Source: the human T2T-CHM13v2.0 reference genome, Homo sapiens. From it: DNA of 64,000 nt. A model generated the notes under the pieces. That model worked only from the letters and a program-made list of their open reading frames with translations. It was not told the DNA's origin and searched no databases. A program made the position numbers and the translations under genes. Below, in pieces: positions 46,211 through 64,000 of this stretch. Position 1 is the stretch's first letter. Each line of letters starts with the position of its first letter. The DNA lies in NCBI RefSeq assembly GCF_009914755.1, contig NC_060929.1; one strand, given 5' to 3'.

Positions 46211-46325
46211 TAGGGTGACCTGTCATGCTGGTTTGCCTGGGACTGTCCTAGTTTTAGTACTGAAAATCCCGTATCCCAAGAAAAACCCCTCAGTCCCAGG
46301 TAAACAAAGCCAGTTGGTCACCCTA
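46211..46325. mobile_element. MER81 (hAT-Blackjack) MITE, complete
   Basis: TIRs TAGGGTGACC...GGTCACCCTA, 115 bp, internal GGTTTGCCTGGGACTG / CAGTCCCAGGTAAAC. Confidence 0.88.
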
Positions 46326-46755
46326 GTCCCAAGTCTTTTGAAATTTCACAAGGACGCACCTTGACACGGGCCTTTCTATGTCCCTCGTGTGGAGCACTTT
46401 CCAGTCTCACGGGCTGGAATCTCGTGCCCTTCAGTGCTGGAAAACTTTCTTAAATCATTTCACAGATGGTTTCCTCTCCTTCATTTTCTCTGTCTAGAAT
46501 TCTTAGCACTCATTTTTGGACCCCCTGGACTTGTCCTCCAATTTAAAAAATATTTTCTCTCCTACTTTCCATTACAAAATCTTCATGCTCTACTTTCTGA
46601 AAGCATTTCAATTTTATCTTCTAAATCTTTTATTTCTGCTGATGTATTATTAATTTCTATGAGGTCTTTTTTTTTGTCCTTTGAATGCTACTTTTTGTTC
46701 TTTTTTTCAGAGATGTAATATCTTCTCTTACCTCTCTGAGAACATTAGTAACAAG

Positions 46756-47086
<331 letters not shown>

Positions 47087-48919
47087 TAAAGTTTTCTTCT
47101 TCCTGCGCTGCCTTTTTGTTTCCTCCAATTTGCCTTTTTTCCTTATTTGCCCTGCTCTCCGTCTGCCATGCTGGAAGCATCCACTCAGATGTCTGGGACT
47201 CCTTGGCCACCACATAGAGACTGAGACTGACTGAATGCTTCAAGAGAGATGATGGGGCTGCGGACAAGCTCGCAGTGGGGAGATCTAGGTAGGCCATTTG
47301 GGGGAACTCTGATCCTGAAGTTGGGAGCACCCCCTTAACTGATCCACAGGCTGGGGATTTGGCTTTCTGAGGTCTGCTCTATCATTGGTTACTTACCCAC
47401 TTGCTTTCATTTTGTTTGTTTATTTTGACAAAAGTCCCACGGGTGTACTTCATTGAGGTTTCAGGAGGGGCCAAGTGTTCAGCCAGCCCTCCTGATGCTC
47501 TCTTGCCAGCGGGACTGGAGGCCGAGCAGATGAATGTGAGCTGCTGTGGCTGCCCAGCCAACACGTGGGGGCAGGAAGCCAAGCTTCGAGCACATTGTTT
47601 GGATCCTGAATCTAGCTGCACTCGAAGTTAGCCCTGCTTGTAGAATCTTGATACCAAAAATTTGCCCCAGGGGATACTCCTGCCTCCAGGGCTCATGGCT
47701 GCTCACCTATGGCCTTGTTTATCCCACGGAAGGTGCACCAGTGGAAAGGTCTCTCTGGATGCCACTTCTTTGCTAACTTGGAGGTGTTTCCTGCAAATCT
47801 CGTCTGTTCCTGGTGACTCAGTAGAGCGCCCCTCCCAAGCCCCTCCTACAAGAAGCCATTTGGCTCTTTCTGGACCTGAGGAGTAGCCAGGGGTCCCTGA
47901 GGCCTCCAGGGTCCGAGTCAAGGCACCCACTCACCTTCCATGTGCAGTTGGCCTCTGGGGCCTCCAGACTGGACACCCTCTGCTCCAGGTGCCTGGGCAT
48001 GTCGCCCTGTGAGCCTAGAGACCTTTCTCCAGGTTGTGCACAAGAGGTGGGCTCCACGCTGCAGAGGGTGTCCCCTCTGTTGGTGACATACACTGACCAT
48101 CACTCCCCCACTTGGGGTCATTCCACCTGGCTCCCCAAGGCAAAGCCCCCCGAACTGCACGCACCCATTTCTATCCTAATGCCCAGCATCATTCCTACCA
48201 CACTGTCAGCTTTGCCTCTGGGAAGGAAAATTGGCTCCGAATCTCAGTAGGCCACACACAATATGCATGTCATCAGTATTAGGAAAACTTTTAAAGCTGA
48301 AAAAATACAAAATTAACTTCTAGATAGGTGCCCAGTGGAGAAAACAGCAAGCAGAAGAGTATTTCTCCAGTAAGGGTCTCACATCAGCAAGAAGCCATGC
48401 ACAGCTTGAGAACGTCCCTGTAAAACCAGGCAGACCCCTGGTATATAAACTCATAAATGCGTCCTACAAGTGCTCGAAGGCACTTTCCTCCGAATGCTGA
48501 TTTTTGCACGCACCTTTAGAGCATCTGTGTTTACAGTATAACACAATGTGGCAATATTAGGGAAACGTGTCAGCAAGACAGACGACAGAAAACTGAGGAA
48601 GTGGCGTGTGACTGCATTTGGCACAGCCCTGGAAGTTGTGGGTGCAAAGAGAGGCCGGGAAGGGGCCCATCACTAAACATAGGGGCCCATTTCCCCATTC
48701 ACACAGGCCAGCCTGTGCTCAGGACCTGGGGGAGGAAGTGGTGGCAGAGAGCAGAGAAAAATGGGACTCTTCTTCTGGACCTTGGAGATTGATGTACCTG
48801 GGATAAACGCAAAGTTCCCCCACAGCCCCCAGACTAGAAAAACATTTCCCAGATTTGGGGGAGAGGAAGAAGGTGCAGGGAGGCCCTGAGGACGTGGGCT
48901 GCAGTGGGCAGGAGAGGGA

Positions 48920-49470
48920 CTCCCTCCGCCCCGCTTCCAGAGTGTCTTTTGGGAGGTGAGTGGGCTCCGAGGCAAGGAGACTGAGGTGGTTTCCTCCCTG
49001 GAAAGCGGAGGTGGCAAGAACTGGCCCTAGCCCCGCGCAGCCCTGCGGCAGCCCCGGCGACACGAGGAGCCACGGCAGCCAGCGGGGAACTGCCCAGAAT
49101 GTGGCTCACCTGTGTGGACCTGATGGGGCCGGGGCCATCGCCGTGGCGTCTTGAGGACCTGACGCGAGCTCTGTGGTCCTGGACGCCAGCCCAGGGAGGG
49201 CAGATGTCTGCACTGACTGGGATCCGGGGCTGTGAGGGCGGCGCTGCAGGACGCCAGGCCGAGCCCGAGAGGGGGAGCAGGTGCAGCCTCGCCTCCCCAG
49301 CCCCGCGGCTCCTGGAACACCGCTGTGGCTGCGCATTCGCGCCCATCTCTGCCGGGAGCCCCCTCCCTCCTGCGCGTGGCTGACGCCCCCGCCCCCATTC
49401 AGCTCGCCAGACAGTCTCAGGCCAGGTCACACAGACCCACCTGCGGGAGGGGCGTCCCTCCACATCACAT
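48920..49470 (-). promoter_or_regulatory. CpG-rich island with GC boxes; candidate internal promoter/alternative first exon
   Basis: CG-dense unique sequence; CCCCGCCCCC about 49387, GGGAGGGGCG about 49445; minus-strand donor CAG|GTGAGC at 49110/49109. Confidence 0.5.
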
Positions 49471-50329
49471 CGCTGGGGCTACTTTCTCACAGCCCCTGTC
49501 ACCGACTGAGGTTCTCCTGTCTCTTCTCTGCCTCCCCGCAAGGCCAGGAGCCTTGGGACAGGGTCTCCATACCCATGGCAGTGCCCCCAGGGCCTGGGAT
49601 GTGCTGGGCACGTGGTGGGTATCCCAAAGCAAGTTTGAGACAAATTCATCAGTGAGTGGATGGATGACCATAGATGAGGTCCTGTCTGATCACTGACCTT
49701 CAGGGTGGCCTCATGTCCCCCACGGAGCTAGCAAGCCTGGGACAGGAAGGTCCTGGGTTGTCTAGCACTGGCCTGCAGAGGGGGTGTGAGCACTGTCTGA
49801 AGCCACCAGCTCTTTGGCTTCCTACTCACAGGCCCTGCCTCCCTCGCTGAAAATCACGACATTGTCTGCTTGTCTCTAGCCACTTTGCAATCCCCATCTT
49901 CCTGGGCCATGGATGTGGCATTGGCTCCTGAGTTCTCAAAGCAGCAGGGTAAAAATCCAGCTGGGCTGGGCAGTGGAGAAACTGAGTCCCAGAGGGAGGA
50001 CATTTGCACCCAGTGCACTGGCACTCCAGGTCCCAACTCTGATGTCACCCCTAGGATCCACGGCCTGGGCGTGTAACTGGAGGGGCCACAGGCCAAGAGC
50101 CAGGTGGCCTTTCACAGGCAGCCATGTGGGGCAGACCCAGGCGGCAGCCTCAGATTCTCAAAGCTGAAAATGGAACTGCCCTCTCTGTATTACCCCAAGC
50201 AACTCAAAGCCAGACAGCCCTTCCACATTTGATCAACAAGCTCCCCTCACCGCATTAAGGAACTTTTTACCGGTGTGAATTGTCATAAATAGATTTATGT
50301 TTATTATTACTCACATTTTGATGTTTTTA

Positions 50330-56760
<6,431 letters not shown>

Positions 56761-59700
56761 TTCATTTTAAAAATAAATCACGTTTGCTTTCATTACATTA
56801 ATGTTTATGGTCACTTTCTATTTACGGGAAGTGATACTGATGATTTAGGTAGGAATATAATATTTCATTACAAAATATATTTATTTTAACAAACGAGCTG
56901 ATTTTATGAAACAAAGTAAGCAAGACTAGAACAGATCTAACTCCCTGCTGGCTGCGCCCCGAACAGGCCATCCACACTCCCACCTCGCCTCGGAGTAAGG
57001 GCCTTCATGGTTCCCTCTGTTTGGAACACATCCCCTGGCCCCTTTGAAGGGGGCTCCAGTGTCTGCTCCTGGAAGCAGCGTTCACAAATGCAGTGGTTGG
57101 GGGCAGGGGCCCATGGGTTTTGGAGGCAGCCACTAGAGGAAGTGAGTGAAGTGAAGGAAAGGTCCTCTGAGCAACAGGGCCCAAGGGGAAGGACTGGAGA
57201 GGGCTGCTGGTCAGCTGGGAGAGGGGGCTGGGGGACGTGAGCAGTGGGGGTAGGGGGGCGGGCTCCTCACTGAGCCTCAGTTTCCCCTATGCACAACAAG
57301 GATCATGAGCATGGAGAGGCTGTGAGCCTGTGTACCCAGCACAGCGTGGGGACTTGGTCTGCACCCTCATTGGCTACGTCCCACAACCTGCCCTGGCCCT
57401 TCTCGTAGCCCCATGCGCACCCCCCAGCACCCACCCCCCGACCCCATGGGGCCCAGCCTCAGTTCTCCCCTCGCCCTCCCCCTGTGCAGGCTGCCTTCCC
57501 GCCCTGGGGCTGCGTGTTTGCTGTCCTCCCCCTGGGCTCCCTGCTCCAGGCCTCCGCAGGGCTTCTGCCTGCCCCTCCCTCGGAGACCTTCCGTGACCAC
57601 TGCTCCACACGGCACTGGCTGCCCAGCCGCTCTCCACCCTGGACCCCGTTTCATTTTCCTCGTGGCTTTTCTCCAAATCCAAATCCTTGTGTCTCCCCAG
57701 GGACTGGGAGCTCCACTGGGGCACCACCTTGCCTGTTCCTGCTCGCGGCTGCACCCCAGCACTAGAGCAGGTTTCAGCAAAAGCCTCCTGGCCGAGTGGA
57801 TGAGTGAGTGAGTGAATGATGGCCCCCGGGATGCGGGAGGGGACCAAGCCGGGCAGCAGGGGAGGGGCCGAGAGCTCAGGAGGCCCTGGCCAGGGCTGAG
57901 GCTGACAGAGGTGACCCGGCTGCTCCCATAGGGCCGCCAGCCAGGAGGCAGCTGCAAGGAGGGGCGCGGGCCTGTTCTGTGAGGGAGAAAACAAGCGTCC
58001 TATTTACCACGAGAATGAATATCGGGCTCTGTGTGAAAATCCCACTTGCTCTGAGATGTGTGAAGCCAGCAGGGCCAGGGACGCAAGTTGTAGCGTCTCA
58101 TTCAACTCCCCACGCCCCAGCCGAGGGGTACTGTCCTTCCAGCCCCCGCGCTACGCAGCTGCTGCCTGGTCCTCGCCTGTCCCCGTGGAGCCCCCGCCCT
58201 GGCCAGGCTCACTGCCCTCCTGAGACCTGCCAAAGTCACCATCTGGTTTCCTCTTTCATCGAACCTTCCGGAGGCCCCTGTGGCAGTCACGAGCCACACC
58301 TGGCCCCCCAGCGGTGCTCTCCCTTTACCCCAGTCCTGCATGGGGCCACCAGACCTCTCCCTCCCGGGCCTGCCTGCCTGGCCACCTGCCTCGGAGCCCC
58401 GACAGCCAAACGGGCTTCACAGGTGCATTGTGGCATACCCCGGTCCTGCTCCGCTTGTCTTCAGGGCCAAAGTCGGAACTTGGTGGCAGGTGTGGGTCTG
58501 CCTGCAGGCAGGGCTCCCTGCCCCTGCCCCTGTCCCCTGTCCCCACCTTGCCCTGGGGGCCTTTCCCTGCCTGGAGAGTGGGGAGGAGGGGCTGTCAGCG
58601 CTGCTGCTCCAAACTGGAGGCCCTGAATCCCAGAGACCATGCAGATGGCCCAGGTCAGAAGACGCGGCCGGAGTTCCAGGACTCAGGGACCACAGTGTGA
58701 GACGCGTGCGGCCAGGCACCCCCATCCAGGCATCCTGTGGCCTTCCCCCAGCCCAGGAGTGGGACCCCCGAGGGCTTCACATCTTCAGGGGGAAGGAGCC
58801 AGGGGAGCACAGGGAGGAAAACCATTCTCAGGAGCTTAGGGTCTGAGGCTTCTGAGCTGCAGGAGCCCGGGACTTTCTGCTTGGGAGGATCTGGAAGAAG
58901 TGTGACCTGTTTCTGGGGAAGGGAGGGCAGGTCCTAAACTGCTGACCCCAGAGGCCTCAGCAGCAGCCTCGTGTTCAGACCTGAAGACTGGTGGAAAAAG
59001 GACATTAACAAGCACCTCCTCCTACAGCCCGGGGAATCCAACCCGCCCATGAGAAGATGGGAGACCCCGCAGTGACAAGCACCCCAGCACCCTCAGAGCC
59101 CACCTCCGAGGCCGAGGGACGTGCTGAAATAACTGTCACACGTGTGGATTGTCTGTTCCAGGGCAGGCCTCCACAGCACTCACACTCAGCCCCTGGGTCC
59201 CACGCCCTGTCCCCACGCAGGTCAGCGTGAGCTGCCTGAGCACCTGCACACTGCAGTGGGCACCCTGCAGGGATGCCAGAGTCTAGGGCAAAAATAGCCA
59301 GTTCTGTCTCCAAGTGATGGCGTGTGTCACCCACACCTCCTGACAAACACCCTTCGGCACTCTGGAGAACAGCGAATGCGTAGCAAAAATAAATGCTTCG
59401 TTTTCTCCCTGCGGCTTCTGGGAGTCAATTCAAAGAGTGGTCTTGGGAGGTAAGGCTGTGAGGGCCAGGACCTGCTCGGCAGCCAGGGTGTGGGCCCACT
59501 GGGGTCTCCTCCGCTGCCTGGCTGTGGGGCGGGCCCCTCAGCTGTCGGACCTCAGCTTCCACATCTGTAAAGTGGGCTCACGAGACCCATGCTATAGGTG
59601 GGCCTACTGGGTTAGGGGTGGGGTCAGTGGGTGCACTAAAGGCCGACACCCGCAAGGAATCTGCACTTCTACCCTTACATTCATAGAAATAAAAATAGTG

Positions 59701-61260
59701 TTTAAAAAGTCTCAATGGCTATAAATAGATCTGTGTGTTCTGCCCTGCCCATCTACCCTGTCCGATTCACCTAAAGGTAGGCCAGGCAGGACGGGCAGGG
59801 CCACCTTCCCTGTGATGAGAGCACAGTGGGCAACAGCAGCCACTGGGTGTCCCAAGCCTGCCTGAGCACTCAGGGCCCCAGCATGCCCAGATGGCTGGTG
59901 GTCCCTCCCACCTGCTCCCCCAGCCCTTAGATGCCACCTCCACGAAGGCTCCCGTGCCTCCTCCTAGGCAGGAACGGCCACCTGGCCTGGGATGCCCAGC
60001 TCTCTACTGCTGCGTGTGTTCCCCTGGCCTCTCTCCTGCATGTGACCAGGGCCCAGGGGTCATGAGGCAGCCAAGGAAATGAGGGCTGAGGGGCAGAGGG
60101 ACAGGGGGCACAGCAGCCTGACACGGAATCTGTGGCACACTCCACTCCAGATGCTGCCTGCCCGCCACTTCTCTCAGACCCTCCCACAAAGCCTAGCCCC
60201 GGGTGTCTGCCAGGGCCTTCCAGCCCCAGCTGGCAAAGAGCCAGGTCTGTACTGTCCTTTCTCCAGAATCTCTGCCTGAGGCTCCACCCCAGAGCTTCGG
60301 GCTCCCAGCCCTTCTCTCACGCCCAGCTCCCCAAGAGGGGAGGCCAGGCCACCTCTGCCACCTGCTCCCCACCTCCCTGGGCTCCTCTGTGCTCCTCATC
60401 TCTGTGCCCCCTGCCTCCTGTACTCCCTGCCACCCTGCGCTTCTCACCTCCCTTGTCCTCTGCCTCCCTGAGCTCCTCACCTCCCTGTGCCTCTCCCTGT
60501 GCTCCCGCCTCCATGCCTTTGCCCATGCTCTATCCTCTTCTGGGTTGCCCTTTCCTGCCAGTCTGCCAGCTGAGGCCCTGAGGGTCAATGCATCTTCCTT
60601 TCCTCTGCCCCAACCTGACCCTGGCAGCTGAGCACAGCCCTTGGGGCCCTTCTGTCCCCTGGCAGGACCTGCGGCACCCTGCCTGGCTCTCCTGCCTGCT
60701 CCAGTTAAGTCACCTGCAGTTGACAAGCCGCCTGGGTGTCCTGCATGGGTTGCATAATGCCCTTTTAGACTGCGAATTTACTGGCCTTATTTACACACTG
60801 GGGCCTTTCAGGAGAATCAGTGCGTCTGCTTTCCTGCAAAAACTCAGAAGAGCCGGCTACACAGGGCCTGCATTCCTGCCTGGTACTGTTTGTTGGCCAG
60901 AACCAAGGGCTGCCCCTCGACCTGGGGATGCCACCACCTCACTGTCTCCGTCACCTGCTCCCTCTGCCCCACCTAAGCCTGCCACCCGGTTTCCAGACCA
61001 AAGCCTCTGTGGCTGCCCAGGGTGTAGGCCATGAAGGGGACCCTGAGGTGGGGAAGGCAGATCCCACACTGACTACAGCTGTCTAAGCAGAAGCAGCTAT
61101 GTGGACGTCACTCCCTGGGGCCATTTCCTTCTAGCTGGAGATGTATCTGTCAAGGTCTGGAAAATCTTAAATGACAGAGAAATAAGAATTGAAAGAGAAA
61201 AGAATTTCATTTCTCCCCTAAATTTCAAATTTGGGGGAATGAGTTAAAACTGGTGCAGTT

Positions 61261-61585
<325 letters not shown>

Positions 61586-62019
61586 TCATTGTGATCCATG
61601 ACATGGAGGCTCAGGGGTTGGGGGGCCCAGACGTGGGGATGGTCTCAGAAAGCTGGGGAAGTGTGGTCCTCCTCGCTGCTGCTCTCGGGGGCTCCTTCCG
61701 CCTGGAGACGGTGGGCACCAGAGAAACACTCAGTGCATGGAGCCTGGGCCGTGGTGTGGGCTTGATGAATGCTGAGTGACTTCGGGCAGACTGTTTATCT
61801 GAAAATAACTCCAAAAAGCAAGGAGCCATTTAAATACTTCTCATTCTTGCTATAAGAAGAGGCTCTCACAGCTAAACTTTAACAAATTCGTCATCGTCTT
61901 TTCTGGGAAGAACGAGGGAAGATGAAGTCATCAGTTTATGATAAAACAAAGAAACATACTGTTTTCTCTGGCTTCCCTCAGAAACTTCAAGCAGGCAGAG
62001 AAAAGGCCCTTGTCAGAGA

Positions 62020-62285
62020 TGCGTGTGTGTGCGTCTGTGTGTGCGTGCGTGCATGTGCACACGTGTGTGTCTGTGCATGTGCGTGTGTGCATGTCTGTGT
62101 GTATGTGTGTCTGTGTGTGCGCGTGTGTGTGTCTGTGTGTGCGTGCGCGTACACACGTGTGTCTCTGTGTGTGCGTGTGTGCGTGTGTCTGTGTGTGCAC
62201 GTGTGTCTGTGTGTGCGCACGTGTGTGTGTGTGTGCACGCATGTGTGTGTGTGTGTGTCTGTGTGTGTGCGTGCATGTGTGTGTG
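62020..62285. repeat. Imperfect (TG)n/(CG) alternating tract, about 265 bp
   Basis: Direct reading; source of the C/V- and H/T-rich ORFs. Confidence 0.95.
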
Positions 62286-63348
62286 GGGTGCATCTGAACC
62301 CCCAGCCCAGTGGCTCCACATGGAATCCTGGGTGCAGGCCCCTCTCTGGGCTGTGGTCCACAGCCAGCACTCAGACAGCATGCGCACAGATCGCACACAC
62401 GATCGTGACCGGTTCCTGCTTGACTTCACTGCGCAGCAGTTCTCTGATCTGCTTTTCCCAGAAAGGGAAACCGAGGCTCAGAGAGAGGGGCCGACCTGTG
62501 CTATGTATGTCACTCAGCTAGAACATGAGGTCACGAGACTGTCCCACCCCTCTTGCAGACTTGAACTGATAGTGGGTTTTATCATCTTCTGAGAGTGGGT
62601 TTAGGGTTGCCAGGCACAGGGACTCTGCTTCAGACTTGAGAGGGTCTCCACACAGAGGGACCCTGGCAGCTCAGGTGGGGAAAGGCCCCAGCGGCCAGCA
62701 CCTGCTGCCCAGGGCTCCACACCAGGGACCCAGCCGCCATCCTGGAAGACACTCCAGACCAGGAGCAGATGGTGTGAGAACCCAAGTCCTGTGTAAGAGG
62801 TCACTTGGCTATGGGCAACTTTGCAGAAGCCAGCCTGGCCTAGCCTCTGGGGTTGGAGCCCCCCCAGCGCCGGGGAAAGGCGTTTCTGTGCAGGGCAGGC
62901 ACTGGACACCTGTGCCCACCCTCAGCATGCTCAGAGGCCCCCAGACGCCAGAGGAGCTTCTGGAAAATGCAGATGCCCAGGCCTCGCCCCAGCTCCTGAG
63001 CAGCCCTGCTGCTCTGCAGACTCATCCTGGCCAGCTCCTTCAAGCAGAGAAGGAGTCTCAGATTTGGGGCTTCTTGGGCACACCTGCCATGTGCAGCCCC
63101 CTGAGTCCTGCTAAGAGCCCGGCCTTGGGCTCAGGACCCTCAGGCCATGAACCTGCATTTCGGTGCTTGTTGAAGGAGCCACTCCAGGGCCACACTCGGG
63201 ACATTTCCCGAGCCTGAGCAGTCCCTGTGTTGTTCACATGCTCATGTCCCCCGCATCAATCCACAGTTTAAAACGACCACTTCTCCCCGCCAAGAATATC
63301 TATGAGCTCTAATGCAATAGTGACATGCCTTTAAAAATGTATTCAAAG

Positions 63349-63978
<630 letters not shown>

Positions 63979-64000
63979 TCAGCCTCACCTGAGCCCATCA

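Noticed and set aside
47929-47937. Perfect minus-strand donor AAG|GTGAGT
   Set aside because: No convincing polypyrimidine/AG acceptor or promoter upstream that I could identify; isolated donors are common.
61922-62592. C/V-rich and H/T-rich ORFs resembling metal-binding proteins
   Set aside because: Translations of the (TG)n tract.

Overview
This is primate (almost certainly human) genomic DNA, not prokaryotic, judged by dense Alu, L1, MIR and L2 repeats and GT-AG introns. The whole window lies inside one minus-strand gene, RASGEF1C (RasGEF domain family member 1C). I spliced ten coding exons by hand (25695 down to 1132; 1179 nt, 393 codons, no frame breaks). They give MPQTLSASDMVTPGSLSPPP...GHVNFE, the REM plus most of the CDC25 domain. 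The last coding exons lie left of the window. Everything above 25701 is upstream intron, and the main non-coding first exon is presumably off the right edge. Nearly all ORFs in the supplied track are repeat or GC artefacts. I see no CRISPR, operon or clearly new multi-gene system. The most interesting unexplained structures are: (1) a composite templated duplication (57-bp direct copy plus 187-bp inverted copy); (2) a symmetric ATTGG-N12-CACGTG-N12-CCAAT module in intron; (3) a CpG-rich candidate alternative first exon whose strong-Kozak ATG would splice in frame to add 81 aa; (4) a 44-bp VNTR in which each unit carries a consensus 5' splice site overlapping a G-quadruplex; (5) a tailless tRNA-Phe 5'-half retrocopy with TSDs; (6) inverted Alus bracketing a 369-nt, frame-preserving four-exon block. 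Repeat subfamily calls are from memory of consensus sequences, and repeat boundaries are approximate.
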